From: Candidatus Obscuribacteraceae bacterium
Lineage (GTDB): Bacteria; Cyanobacteriota; Vampirovibrionia; Obscuribacterales; Obscuribacteraceae
NCBI GenBank assembly: GCA_044226015.1
Contig: JBGAHS010000005.1
Span: 544,001 to 608,000 of the forward strand
Direction: 5' to 3'
Length of the DNA: 64,000 nt
Positions 22,249 to 32,284 of the stretch are shown one piece after another. The notes under the pieces were generated by a model. The model was given only the letters and a program-made list of their open reading frames with translations, was not told the DNA's origin and ran no database searches. Within the stretch, counting starts at the first letter, position 1, and each line of letters starts with the position of its first letter. The translations under genes and the position numbers were made by a program.

Positions 22249-24057
22249 ATGAGCGAATCCGAACAAGCAGAAATTAGCAGCGGACTCGCTGTTTTCTCTG
22301 TAGGTGATGTTTTCGAAAACCGTTACAAGATAATGGGCTACATCACTGGTGGTGGCATGGCCCATGTCTATCACGGCATTGATCTCGTGCTTCACCGAGA
22401 GATAGTGTTGAAGGTTTTGAAGCAGGGTGCCGATTCAAAGCCCTCAACACGTGAACGCTTTAAGCGTGAGACAAAAGCCCTGGCTAGCCTTGAGCATCCA
22501 AACATAGTCAAGTTCTATAACTCAGGCATCACAGATGCCGACCTTGTCTACGTTGTGATGGAGTTTGTGCCCGGTGAATCACTTCAGTCACTGTTAACGC
22601 GAAATGGTTATTTAACAGGAGAACAATTCCTTTCTTTCTTTATTCAAATGCTCTCTGCACTTCGCTTTGTACATGAACAGAATATCGTTCATCGTGATAT
22701 AAAACCTGCGAATATAATGGTGAACGATAACAATATCAAGCTCATTGACTTTGGTATCGCTCGAATTCTTGGGCAGGAGTCTGATGGAAATACATCAACA
22801 CAAAATGCCGTTCTGCTAGGCACACCGACTTACATGAGCCCTGAACAGTGCAAGGGCGAGCGTGGTGACCGTTCATCGGACTTCTACTCTGTCGCGTGCG
22901 TGATGTATGAATGTATAACTTCCCGAACTCCTTTCACCGGTGGCTCACCTTACGAGGTCATGTTCAAGCATATGTCCGTAGCCGCACCGAAATTGGTGCC
23001 TATGGCAAAATCCGAAAAGTGCAAACTAATTGCGGTTGTCATTGATAAATGCTTGGCAAAAAATCCCAAAGAACGCCCCGAGTCTGCTGAGAGCATACTT
23101 AGTGTGCTAGAGGAATGTAATGGAATAGATTTATCGGAGTTTCGGCGAGCAAGAGCTGGCAAGATAATCAATCTGTTCGTTTATTTCTTAGTCATAACGG
23201 TAGTAATTTTTTTGCTTAGTTACTTCATGAAGACAAGCAGGACTGCTGAAAAGTCTGTGCAAATCGATCATCAGCAAGTAGTTATTAGTAAGAGAATACA
23301 GAAATATCTACGGGAAGTTGAAGTCCTAGAGCACTCGGAATTTTCAAGCAGCAAGGGCACTAAGGCTCTCTTTGCGTCCTACGTTAATCTGATTCGTAAT
23401 GAAACTGTCTCAAAACGAAAAAGTGATGCCCTTGCTGCAGTAAGGCATGCAGAAAAGGCGATTCAGCTAGCAAAAGAAAAATCCAATGATGATTCGGTAC
23501 GACTAGAGACCGCTTTCTTTCTCTGCGGAATGGCACAAATGAAAGCAGGGCTCTTGAATGACGCCTATAAGTCGTTACTTCACGCAAAACAACGAGTTGA
23601 AAGTTTACGGGGCGAATCTGTAGAAGAAGAGAGATTCGAGCTGCTCATAATGTTGGCCAATATTGATTTACAACTTAAGCGTTTCAATGAAGCAATGCAA
23701 AATATTGAAGCTGCAACATCTGCTGGGGGCGATGGTCTTATTCACATTGAGGGATATTTCCAAAGAGCTTGCAAATTAGATTCGTTGGGAATCGATAAAG
23801 TGGAAATGCTCAACCAGAGCTTTCTCGAATTGATGAAATCTACTCCTAGAAATGATAATGAGCGAGCCTGTCTGCTGAAGAGCTGTTACCTTTTGTCTTT
23901 GGAATTGCACGATATTCATGACGATAAAAAGTTCAAGCAAGCAAATGATTATTACCAGAAAGAGATAAAACAAATGGTTTCGCCTTCGGCGGACTTCATC
24001 CAATACGGAACGCAGTTACAACTCATGGAAAATGCAAAAGAGTCAAATCAGAAGTGA
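22249..24057 (+). CDS. Ser/Thr protein kinase with TM helix and TPR-like C-terminal domain
   Basis: GGGMA, HRDIKPAN, DFG, YMSPE; TM segment LFVYFLVITVVIFLLSYF. Confidence 0.93.
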   Translation: MSESEQAEISSGLAVFSVGDVFENRYKIMGYITGGGMAHVYHGIDLVLHREIVLKVLKQGADSKPSTRERFKRETKALASLEHPNIVKFYNSGITDADLVYVVMEFVPGESLQSLLTRNGYLTGEQFLSFFIQMLSALRFVHEQNIVHRDIKPANIMVNDNNIKLIDFGIARILGQESDGNTSTQNAVLLGTPTYMSPEQCKGERGDRSSDFYSVACVMYECITSRTPFTGGSPYEVMFKHMSVAAPKLVPMAKSEKCKLIAVVIDKCLAKNPKERPESAESILSVLEECNGIDLSEFRRARAGKIINLFVYFLVITVVIFLLSYFMKTSRTAEKSVQIDHQQVVISKRIQKYLREVEVLEHSEFSSSKGTKALFASYVNLIRNETVSKRKSDALAAVRHAEKAIQLAKEKSNDDSVRLETAFFLCGMAQMKAGLLNDAYKSLLHAKQRVESLRGESVEEERFELLIMLANIDLQLKRFNEAMQNIEAATSAGGDGLIHIEGYFQRACKLDSLGIDKVEMLNQSFLELMKSTPRNDNERACLLKSCYLLSLELHDIHDDKKFKQANDYYQKEIKQMVSPSADFIQYGTQLQLMENAKESNQK

Positions 24058-24267
24058 GCCAAAGAGACGCTGTACATTTGTGCAGTTCGAGGAAGATTAA
24101 CGCTGTGTAATATTGCGGGCGTGGCTGTAGATCCCCGTACAATAATGGTTTACGGCTTGAAAGTCACATAATTTTCACGTATAAGTGGGATGGTTTCGGT
24201 GCAAGTCATCTGTACTTGCTGGTTGTGCGCTTTTATGCGCAGGTTGTTGTTGCCAGGTTGGTTTTGC

Positions 24268-25944
24268 ATGCAGCGTCACGCTGAACTAAATTCGGAAAAT
24301 TCTGGGAAAAAAGCTGAGCACCAAACTCAGCTTGCGGACTCCTCTCATCTGAATCGCATGCTGCAGGACTCGCAGTCATTCGGAACACCTCTGTTTTCGC
24401 CAAATCCAAGGTTTGAATCACTTTCCTCTGGTGCAAAAGAAGGGAAAGGTAATTCGATAGATAAGATTGGCACTCACAGCCTGAGCGAGCATCTGCCAAA
24501 TCTTTCTCTGGGGCGACCTCATCATGCTGAGCAGCATCCTGACGCTCACGCTAAGGTTCGTGAGTGGAAGGCTGATGGAACAGGTAACACTCAGTTTCGT
24601 AATCCATTCCGAGTCAGAACGCTGCCGGCTGAGCATGCGTTGCCCAGTGGAGAGGGATCACTGAAAGGGAAAGATCAAAAATCTCTAGATGCAAACATTG
24701 CAGAAATTAAGGCTCGTATCGCCACTGGCGGAATGACACCAGCTAACTCTTTCATTCAGCCCACTTGGATGAACCGCAAGGGTGAGAATCTTGATGTTGT
24801 TCCTAAGAATTCATCGTTGAAACAACAAGAAGAAGTTCGTCCTGAAAGTGCGCCGCGACCTGGAGTGCAACCTAAGCCTGACGCTGAACCGCAACCTGAG
24901 GCGCAATTGCGACGCGAACGCACGCCGTTTTCCCGTCGAGAAGAGCCGTCGCGTCCGGCGCCAAATCCTGAGTTGCAGCCGCGTCGAGAAGAGCCGTTAC
25001 GTCCGGCGCCAAATCCTGAGTTGCAGCCGCGTCGTGAAGAGCCGTTGCGTCCGGCGCCAAATCCTGAGTTGCTGCCGCGTCGAGAAGAGCCGTTGCGTCC
25101 GGCGCCAAATCCTGAGTTGCAGCCACGTCGAGAAGAGCCGTTGCGCCCGGCGCCAAATCCTGAGTTGCTGCCGCGTCGAGAAGAGCCGTTGCGTCCGGCG
25201 CCAAATCCCGAGTTGCAGCCGCGTCGTGAAGAGCCGTTGCGTCCGGCGCCTCAGAGAAAAGATCCGCAATCCAGACCAAATAGTTCTGACATAGATACTT
25301 TCTTTCCGCCCTCACACTCAATTCAAAGAAGACCGCAAGCTCTTCCACCTTTCAGCGTTGAGCCATTGGATAAGAAGGGACCGCTTCCTAAGCATTTGCC
25401 TCTGCCAGAATTTACTGCTCCTGGGCAAATTCGTCGTGATGGTTTGCCTCAAGTAAATCCAGCTAACGTCAAAGTAGTCAGAGCACCAAATGTCTCTGAT
25501 TCGGAAATGCCGATATCACATGCGCCAACCATTACTCCACAGCGCATCAACCAGGTTCTAGAGGAATATGATTCCCCAGCAAAAGGCATGGGGCAAAAGA
25601 TTTTTGATCTAGGTGTCAAATATGGTATCAACCCTGCTATGGCTCTAGCATTCTATATCCAGGAATCGAGTGCTGGAACCCGCGGAGCAGGCGCACGAAA
25701 CAACAGCTGGGGCAACATTCGCCAGGGTCGGCATGGATACAAGGCGTACCATAACATTGAGCATGGGCTGGTCGATTGGTATGAGCGCATACATCAACAT
25801 TACGTTGGAAAGGGATTCCACACCCTTGGTCGACCTGGGCAGCGCGATGGAATTATCCACAAGTACGCTCCTGGTAGCGATGGAAACAACGAAGGACATT
25901 ACATACGCAATGTAGCTAACATGATTCGCAAGTGGTCTTACTAG
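24268..25944 (+). CDS. Glucosaminidase (GH73/lysozyme-like) peptidoglycan hydrolase with long disordered Pro-rich N-terminus
   Basis: C-terminal YGINPAMALAFYIQESSAG...NNSWGNI...YAP...Y pattern; start probably ATG 24268 (track ORF begins 24190). Confidence 0.75.
   Translation: MQRHAELNSENSGKKAEHQTQLADSSHLNRMLQDSQSFGTPLFSPNPRFESLSSGAKEGKGNSIDKIGTHSLSEHLPNLSLGRPHHAEQHPDAHAKVREWKADGTGNTQFRNPFRVRTLPAEHALPSGEGSLKGKDQKSLDANIAEIKARIATGGMTPANSFIQPTWMNRKGENLDVVPKNSSLKQQEEVRPESAPRPGVQPKPDAEPQPEAQLRRERTPFSRREEPSRPAPNPELQPRREEPLRPAPNPELQPRREEPLRPAPNPELLPRREEPLRPAPNPELQPRREEPLRPAPNPELLPRREEPLRPAPNPELQPRREEPLRPAPQRKDPQSRPNSSDIDTFFPPSHSIQRRPQALPPFSVEPLDKKGPLPKHLPLPEFTAPGQIRRDGLPQVNPANVKVVRAPNVSDSEMPISHAPTITPQRINQVLEEYDSPAKGMGQKIFDLGVKYGINPAMALAFYIQESSAGTRGAGARNNSWGNIRQGRHGYKAYHNIEHGLVDWYERIHQHYVGKGFHTLGRPGQRDGIIHKYAPGSDGNNEGHYIRNVANMIRKWSY
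24934..25250 (+). repeat. 48-bp coding tandem repeat, ~6.6 near-identical copies (RREEPLRPAPNPEL[Q/L]P)
   Basis: Units start at 24934, 24982, 25030, 25078, 25126, 25174 and 25222 (partial). Confidence 0.95.
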
Positions 25945-26149
25945 GAGCTGAGACTTAGATTGCACATTTTTGCTGGAATTCAATTGCGTGGTCGCTCGCA
26001 TTCCCGGCAATCCAGCATAATTTCAGGATGCCAACAGGATGGTCTGTTTAAGATCTTCGTTTGCCTGCTTGCATTCTTCTTATAGGTTGAAGGATACTAG
26101 TGCATCCATTCGGCGCAGATTTCATGTGCCATTACCGCGGAGATTTGTT

Positions 26150-27346
26150 TTGCCAGAAACTGTAGAGTCTACGACTAGAAGAGCAGAGATTATCTCTCAC
26201 GCACAGCGCGTCGTCATTAAGTTGGGAACAGCTGTTTTGATGAGAGAGGAAGGCGGCATCGCGTTGAGCCGATTCTACTCTTTCGTTGAAGATATTGCTC
26301 GGCTGAAAAAATCGGGTAAGGAAGTTCTGGTTGTAACTTCTGGTGCTATCGGGCTCGGGTTTCGCAGCCTTGGTTTAGAAAAGAAGCCTAAGGAGTTGCC
26401 GGCGAAACAGGCTTGTGCTGCTGTTGGTCAAGGCAAATTGATGGCACTTTACTCTGACGCATTTGCCACCATGGATGTCGTAACAGCTCAAGTTCTGCTG
26501 ACAGAAGATGATTTCGCAAACAGAAAGCGATATTTGAATCTGCGCAGTACCATCAACACGCTTCTGCAGATGCACGCCATTCCGGTCATTAATGAAAACG
26601 ATACTGTTGCGACAGCTGAGCTTGAGACCCTTGGAGGCGCACCGAAAAAGATCAATTTTGGTGATAATGATAAACTTTCTGCTCTGGTAGCAAGCAAAAT
26701 AGAGGCTGACCTTCTTGTAATTCTTACTGATGTAGACGGTCTTTACACTGCTGACCCACGGGTTGATAAAAATGCAACTTTGATTCCTCTTGTAGAAAAC
26801 ATAACGCCCGAGCTTGAAACTCAGTTAAGTGGCAGCAGCAAACCTGGTGCAGGAACGGAACTTGGACGTGGTGGCATGCGTACTAAATTCGAAGCCGCTA
26901 AAGTCTCAACTCAATCTGGTTGTGCCACTATAATCGCAGGCGGGAAAGAACAGGGCATCATCTCCAAGATTTTTGCAGGTGAAGAGAAAGGTACTCTGTT
27001 CCTTCCGAAAACTGGCATGAAAGGCAAATTGAAGTGGATAGCATTTGCCACCACAGTCAGTGCGGCGCTTGTACTTAACCAGGGCGCTCTGGATGCAATA
27101 ACGAAACGAAAAGCTAGCTTGTTGTTCGCCGGAGTTACCCAAGTGAAAGGACAATTTGAGCGGGGCGACGTGGTCAGTATTGTTGATGAAAGTGGCAAGG
27201 AAATCGCTCGCGGCATCGTGAACTATTCAAGTTCAGAAACTATCAAGCTATGTGGCAAGCAGTCAGGCGCGATAGACGAAGTCATCGAGCACAGAAATTA
27301 TGACGCCCTGATAACCCGTGACAATCTCGCTTTGTTAGACCATTAA
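26150..27346 (+). CDS. proB: Glutamate 5-kinase with PUA domain
   Basis: VIKLGT, TSGAI, AAVGQ, INENDTV, FGDND, GGMRTK; likely TTG start at 26150 after GGAG. Confidence 0.95.
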   Translation: MPETVESTTRRAEIISHAQRVVIKLGTAVLMREEGGIALSRFYSFVEDIARLKKSGKEVLVVTSGAIGLGFRSLGLEKKPKELPAKQACAAVGQGKLMALYSDAFATMDVVTAQVLLTEDDFANRKRYLNLRSTINTLLQMHAIPVINENDTVATAELETLGGAPKKINFGDNDKLSALVASKIEADLLVILTDVDGLYTADPRVDKNATLIPLVENITPELETQLSGSSKPGAGTELGRGGMRTKFEAAKVSTQSGCATIIAGGKEQGIISKIFAGEEKGTLFLPKTGMKGKLKWIAFATTVSAALVLNQGALDAITKRKASLLFAGVTQVKGQFERGDVVSIVDESGKEIARGIVNYSSSETIKLCGKQSGAIDEVIEHRNYDALITRDNLALLDH

Positions 27347-27359
27347 AGATGGGTGACTT

Positions 27360-28730
27360 ATGAACTCTATTGAATCAGGAATCGCAAAAATTGCAGAGCA
27401 AGCCAAGCTAGCCTCGAGTCTGATGGCATCTTTGACTAATGTGCAAAAGAATGAAGCTCTGATAGCAGTCGCTAATGCATTGGAAGTAAATGCCGATGCC
27501 ATAGCTTCCGAAAATCAGAAAGATATGGATATTGCTTCAGAAAGGGTGAACAAGGGCGAGCTTAAGGAGTCTCTTTTCCAGCGCTTGAAGCTCGACAAAC
27601 CTAAGTTACTCGGCACCATTGCTGGTATCAAACAAATTGCTGAAATGATTGACCCTGTCGGTCAGATATCTCTTGCTCGAGAGCTGGATGAGGGGTTAAA
27701 TCTATATCGCGTTTCCTCACCGATTGGTCTCGTAGCTGTGATTTTTGAGTCACGTCCGGAGGCGATGCCCCAAATTCTATCGCTTTGTTTGAAGTCTGGA
27801 AATGCGCTTGTGCTGAAAGGCGGGCAGGAAGCAGAAAAGACAAACCGAATCTTGTTTAAGGTTATGCAGGAGGCAATAGCCAGAGCGGGTTTGCCCGCGC
27901 AAGCATTTGCACTTATAGAGACTCGCGCCGACGTTAAGCAATTACTTGAAGCCGATGCCTTTGTAGATTTAGTAATTCCTCGGGGCTCAAATGATCTTGT
28001 TCGCTTCATCCAGAGCAATACTAAAATTCCTGTCTTAGGACATGCTGACGGAATTTGCCACATTTATGTCGATAAAGATGCAGAATTAGACCTTGCGGTA
28101 AAAGTTGCGCTTGACAGTAAGATTCAATATCCATCTGCATGCAACGCAGCCGAGACGCTATTAGTGCATAAGGATGTACTCCACGATTTCTTGCCGAGAA
28201 TGTGCGCCAAATATCAGGAGAACAAAGTCGAGCTGCGTCTTGAGCAGACTCTGATAGAGTTTCTCAAGCTGATGAAAGCTGAGGGAAAAATTCGTTCCGA
28301 TTTTAATCTCGATTTCACTGCATTGAAACCCGCTCATGATCAAGATTGGACTACCGAATATTGTGAGCTCGTAATTTCAATTCGTGCAGTTGATTCAATG
28401 GAAGATGCCATCGAGCACATAAATAAGAACGGTTCTGGTCACACTGAATGTATGATTACGCGCAATGAAAAATCCTTTGACGAATTTTTTGCGAAAGTAA
28501 ATAGTGCGGGCATTTATCTCAATGCTTCAACCCGATTTGCTGATGGTTTCAGGTATGGCTTCGGTGCTGAAGTTGGAATTAGCACTTCCAAGCTTCACCC
28601 GAGAGGTCCTGTTGGGGTTGAAGGACTCGTAACTTATAAGTATAAGTTGCTTGGTAAGGGGCAAACTGTTGCCGAATACTCTGGGAAGAATGCAAAACAG
28701 TTCACGCATCGAGATATCGATTCTAAGTAA
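27360..28730 (+). CDS. proA: Gamma-glutamyl phosphate reductase
   Basis: IFESRP, IPRG, CNAAETLL, NASTRFADG, GAEVGISTSKLHPRGPVG. Confidence 0.96.
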   Translation: MNSIESGIAKIAEQAKLASSLMASLTNVQKNEALIAVANALEVNADAIASENQKDMDIASERVNKGELKESLFQRLKLDKPKLLGTIAGIKQIAEMIDPVGQISLARELDEGLNLYRVSSPIGLVAVIFESRPEAMPQILSLCLKSGNALVLKGGQEAEKTNRILFKVMQEAIARAGLPAQAFALIETRADVKQLLEADAFVDLVIPRGSNDLVRFIQSNTKIPVLGHADGICHIYVDKDAELDLAVKVALDSKIQYPSACNAAETLLVHKDVLHDFLPRMCAKYQENKVELRLEQTLIEFLKLMKAEGKIRSDFNLDFTALKPAHDQDWTTEYCELVISIRAVDSMEDAIEHINKNGSGHTECMITRNEKSFDEFFAKVNSAGIYLNASTRFADGFRYGFGAEVGISTSKLHPRGPVGVEGLVTYKYKLLGKGQTVAEYSGKNAKQFTHRDIDSK

Positions 28731-28744
28731 AAGGACTTCTTGTT

Positions 28745-29254
28745 GTGAGCAAAAATTTTTTCTCGCTTTGCATTGCGTTCATTCTGTGTCTGCTCTACTC
28801 AACTGTTGCCAACGCTGAGGACAAGGTTGCTAAAGCTATTCCGCTTTCGTTTGGCTATGTCGATGCGGCAGGGGTGTCTTGTAAGTGGGCAAATCATTGC
28901 CGGGACGACCTTGCGATGGAAGAAAATGAGTACATGAAGTACATCGATGAAAGCGAGACCAAAATTCGCGATTCAGCCAAGCTCGCAGGCTCTGACATTG
29001 AAAAAACGGTTTACGACTTTCGTGTCGGGTTGCAAGCACGAGAAACGATTTCTGGGCGTTGTCCTGGTCGCTGTCTGACTTATGACTTTCCTGGCGACTT
29101 TAGAAACGCTGCCCGACTAATTGCAAAAAAGGAGCAACTAGGAATCGTTATTGATGTGGGTTCCATCTACTTTGGTGCTGAACTCGTTTTGAAGGGAAAA
29201 GATCTCTCCAACAGCATTTTGGAAGAACTCAAAAAGAGTGGTCGTCCTAATTGA
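28745..29254 (+). CDS. Exported OmpH/Skp-like protein
   Basis: Signal peptide (ANA|ED), FGYVD start, helical middle, IAKKEQLGIVID...DLS end; divergent. Confidence 0.55.
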   Translation: MSKNFFSLCIAFILCLLYSTVANAEDKVAKAIPLSFGYVDAAGVSCKWANHCRDDLAMEENEYMKYIDESETKIRDSAKLAGSDIEKTVYDFRVGLQARETISGRCPGRCLTYDFPGDFRNAARLIAKKEQLGIVIDVGSIYFGAELVLKGKDLSNSILEELKKSGRPN

Positions 29255-29265
29255 TCGTTCGCTCT

Positions 29266-29444
29266 GGTGCCCAGGTTAATGCAGGATTCAGTCGATCAAG
29301 TCTGGATCCACCAGATCAATTCAGGACCCATTAAGTCCAAAGCTGGAGCCGAGGTCAACGCAGAATCCACCAGAGCAAACCGCGGAATTCGCTTGGTCAA
29401 ATAAGGATCCGCTTGCTCAAGTCAGAATGCTTCTGATAAATGCT
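29266..29444. repeat. Degenerate ~20-bp intergenic tandem array, ~9 units, consensus GGATCC-N4-G-N-TCAA-N3-4
   Basis: Units at 29266, 29284, 29304, 29324, 29345, 29363, 29384, 29405, 29425. Confidence 0.65.
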
Positions 29445-29591
29445 GTCGCGAAAATGCTTGCAGTAATTTGTCTTTGAGTTGTGAGGCAATCGGTGTAATC
29501 ATTTTCCAAAAATTCTCGGGAACCAGCCGCAGAAAATAGAGTCCTCTTGTACGTCAGTTGATGTTACAGTGTAGTTGACTTTGAGGGATCT

Positions 29592-29990
29592 ATGATGAGA
29601 CTGCTTATCCGTTTACTCTTATCTGCTCTGGCATTCACCTCTGTTTTGCCAATGATAAATGGAATTAGTTTTCATGGCAGTTTCTGGGCTGCAGTGATAA
29701 TTTCGGCTGTTTTTGCTGTGATGCTCTGGGTTGTCGAACTCATTTGTACTGCAATGGCTACTGTCCTGACCGTGGGTAGCCTTGGTCTTGCTCTTCTGTG
29801 GATTATTCCATTGTGGATTGTCGGCTTCTGGCTCTTGCCCGCTTTTGCGTTATTGCTGACTTCCGATATCATGCCTCAATATTTGACTGTGAGTGGCTTC
29901 GTTCCAGCAGCCTTGGCTGGGTTGGTCTTGCTTTTCGTTGGTCTTCTAACAAGCAAGATGTTCTGGGGCGATGAACGCTCTGCTGCGTAA
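29592..29990 (+). CDS. 4-TM phage-holin-family (YvlD-like) membrane protein
   Basis: Four hydrophobic helices; GI..SFWAA and LTVSGFVPAALAG patterns. Confidence 0.7.
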   Translation: MMRLLIRLLLSALAFTSVLPMINGISFHGSFWAAVIISAVFAVMLWVVELICTAMATVLTVGSLGLALLWIIPLWIVGFWLLPAFALLLTSDIMPQYLTVSGFVPAALAGLVLLFVGLLTSKMFWGDERSAA

Positions 29991-30012
29991 CTTTATTCAA
30001 TCCGAGGGTATG

Positions 30013-30044
30013 GAAAAGGGGCGGCTGTAAAGCTGCTCCTTTTC
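30013..30044. terminator. Probable bidirectional intrinsic terminator
   Basis: gaaaaggggcggct-gtaa-agctgctccttttc. Confidence 0.7.
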
Positions 30045-30130
30045 TACTCTTCAAGCAATTATAGATATTAATAATCTCTGTTTTTCGATAAAATAGACAG
30101 AGAGATCGACGACCCACAAGGATTCATATA

Positions 30131-31030
30131 GTGAACAAAAAGGACCAATTGAAACGAATTCAGGACCTTATCAAACCTTATCGAATCAAAAGTGGTAAGG
30201 GTTTCCACCTGGACAATATCGATCCTGGCGACACGCAAGAGCTTGGAACTGACAGAAAAGAAGAAGCGAAAGAACTGCTTACGGCCGGTGTAACGTGGCT
30301 TTCGGAGCTTCAAGAAAAGCTCTACGCCCAAGATCGGTGGGGCGTTCTCTGTATTTTTCAAGCAATGGATGCGGCGGGAAAAGACAGCACGATAAAACAT
30401 GTTATGTCGGGTGTGAACCCTCAGGGCTGCCAGGTTTATTCTTTTAAGCAACCTTCGTCAGAAGACCTCGACCACGATTTTATGTGGCGATATCTGAAAT
30501 GCATGCCCGAGCGAGGCAGAATAGGCATTTTCAATCGCTCATACTACGAAGAGGTATTGGTTGTTCGTGTTCACAATTTGATTGAGTCGCAAAAGCTTCC
30601 TCCAGCGGTAGTCCATAAAGGCATCTGGGACGAGCGGTTAGAGGATATCAAAAACTTCGAAAGCTACTTGATGCGAAATGGAATACTTGTTTTGAAGTTC
30701 TATCTACATCTGTCGAGAAAAGAGCAGAAGAAGCGCTTTCTGGCTCGCATCGACGTTCCAGAGAAACACTGGAAATTTTCAGCTGCCGATGTGCAAGAGC
30801 GCAAGTATTGGAAGGATTATAGACTTGCATTTGAGGAGGCAATCAGAGGCACTGCAACAAAAGAAGCCCCCTGGTATGTGATTCCTGCGGACAATAAGTG
30901 GTTTACCCGTTTGGTAGTGGCAGCTGCTATTGTTGATGGGCTGGAAAACTTGAAACTGCATTACCCACAGCCTGATGAAAGCAAGATGAAAGAATTGCTT
31001 GCTGCAAAAGTTGCTCTTGAGAAGGAATAG
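30131..31030 (+). CDS. ppk2: Polyphosphate kinase 2 family (probably class III)
   Basis: QAMDAAGKD Walker A, FKQPS, FNRSYYE, WKFS, APWYVIPADNKW. Confidence 0.93.
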   Translation: MNKKDQLKRIQDLIKPYRIKSGKGFHLDNIDPGDTQELGTDRKEEAKELLTAGVTWLSELQEKLYAQDRWGVLCIFQAMDAAGKDSTIKHVMSGVNPQGCQVYSFKQPSSEDLDHDFMWRYLKCMPERGRIGIFNRSYYEEVLVVRVHNLIESQKLPPAVVHKGIWDERLEDIKNFESYLMRNGILVLKFYLHLSRKEQKKRFLARIDVPEKHWKFSAADVQERKYWKDYRLAFEEAIRGTATKEAPWYVIPADNKWFTRLVVAAAIVDGLENLKLHYPQPDESKMKELLAAKVALEKE

Positions 31031-31110
31031 TGCTTATTTCATCCTAAAGCCAACGTTCTAGTTAAAATTCTTAATCAAAGCGGCTTATAGCCCTTGGCTA
31101 TTTACTACTA

Positions 31111-32214
31111 GTGAAGGAAAATCAAATCTTGACACCCAAAGGTTTAAAAGCAATGACTGATTTAAGACCAGGACAAGTACCCCCTGGTGGACAGGCGGCT
31201 GATGAAGGTCTAGACGAGACCGCTCTCTTCCTACTTCACGGTAAAGCGAGCCAACCTGAGGTGCCGGCTTCTCAGCTGATTACCAGCAGGCAGCCTGTGC
31301 TAAACAGCAAAGCGTGGATTCTTGCGTTTACACGATTCCATCGTATCCCCGTTTTTAAGCGGGTTTGGGTCTACCTTGCTGTCATGGCAATTTATACAAT
31401 CGGCATTGATTGGCTTACTGACCGCAATCTGGCGCATACAGTGGTGAAGGAAGCGGGAGCTGCTGCCTATGGTAGCGTTGTCATGGGTTTGCTCCTGGTT
31501 TTTCGAACCAACACCGCTTACGAACGCTGGAACGAGGGGCGAAAGCTCTGGGGACAACTTGTTAACGACTCACGAAACTTTTCGCTCAAAGTCCGTTCCT
31601 TTGTGAACGTTCCAGAGATAGAGAAGATTGAATTGGGTCAACTGATCGTCTCTTTCGCATTTGCATTAAAGCATCATTTGCGCAACTCGACTCCGAGTGA
31701 GCCCCTGCCGGGTTTGGGACGAGATTCGAAGAACGTCAGGAATTTACCGGTTCACGTTGCAAGCAAAATATTCGACAAGTTGGCTCAATGGAAGCAAGCC
31801 AATTACATTGACACGCTCATGCTGATTCAGCTGGACTTTCACATCCGTGCTTTCATGGACGTATGTGGCGCTTGCGAGAGAATCAAGAACAGCCCTATTG
31901 CCGTTTCCTATCGTGCATTTATGCGTCAGGGAATCGTGATGAACTTGATTGTCAGCCCCTGGCTCTTATCCACTGAGTTTCCTCTGATTTGGGGACTTCC
32001 AATTATTTTGATTGGAACATACTTTCTAATTGGACTTGAATTGATTGCAGAAGACATTGAAGAGCCCTTTGGTAAGGATGGCGACGACTTGCCGCTTGAC
32101 ACCATATGCGCTACCATTCGCACTACAGTGACTGACATTTTGAACCTGCAACGTGCGATGAAGTACACCCGCACAATAGATAGCTCTGCATTTGACCCAC
32201 TTCGCTTTTCGTAA
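31111..32214 (+). CDS. Bacterial bestrophin-family channel (YneE-like)
   Basis: LLLVFRTNTAYERW.EGRKLWG, GACERIK.SP, IEEPFG...DLPL; start may be ATG 31153. Confidence 0.92.
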   Translation: MKENQILTPKGLKAMTDLRPGQVPPGGQAADEGLDETALFLLHGKASQPEVPASQLITSRQPVLNSKAWILAFTRFHRIPVFKRVWVYLAVMAIYTIGIDWLTDRNLAHTVVKEAGAAAYGSVVMGLLLVFRTNTAYERWNEGRKLWGQLVNDSRNFSLKVRSFVNVPEIEKIELGQLIVSFAFALKHHLRNSTPSEPLPGLGRDSKNVRNLPVHVASKIFDKLAQWKQANYIDTLMLIQLDFHIRAFMDVCGACERIKNSPIAVSYRAFMRQGIVMNLIVSPWLLSTEFPLIWGLPIILIGTYFLIGLELIAEDIEEPFGKDGDDLPLDTICATIRTTVTDILNLQRAMKYTRTIDSSAFDPLRFS

Positions 32215-32284
32215 GCCGTTTATTAAATTTTATCCTGACGTTAAATAGAACAGCTGGAGTGTTTGGGCTGGGTACAAATATTCT

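Noticed and set aside
24934..25250. 48-bp repeat as a possible CRISPR array, and the overlapping alternative-frame ORFs
   Set aside because: Contiguous units with no unique spacers, length a multiple of 3, inside a CDS; no cas genes. The other-frame ORFs are repeat by-products.
29592..29990. Holin-family gene near a peptidoglycan hydrolase as a prophage lysis cassette
   Set aside because: They are separated by proBA, no phage genes are present, and this 4-TM family is commonly chromosomal.
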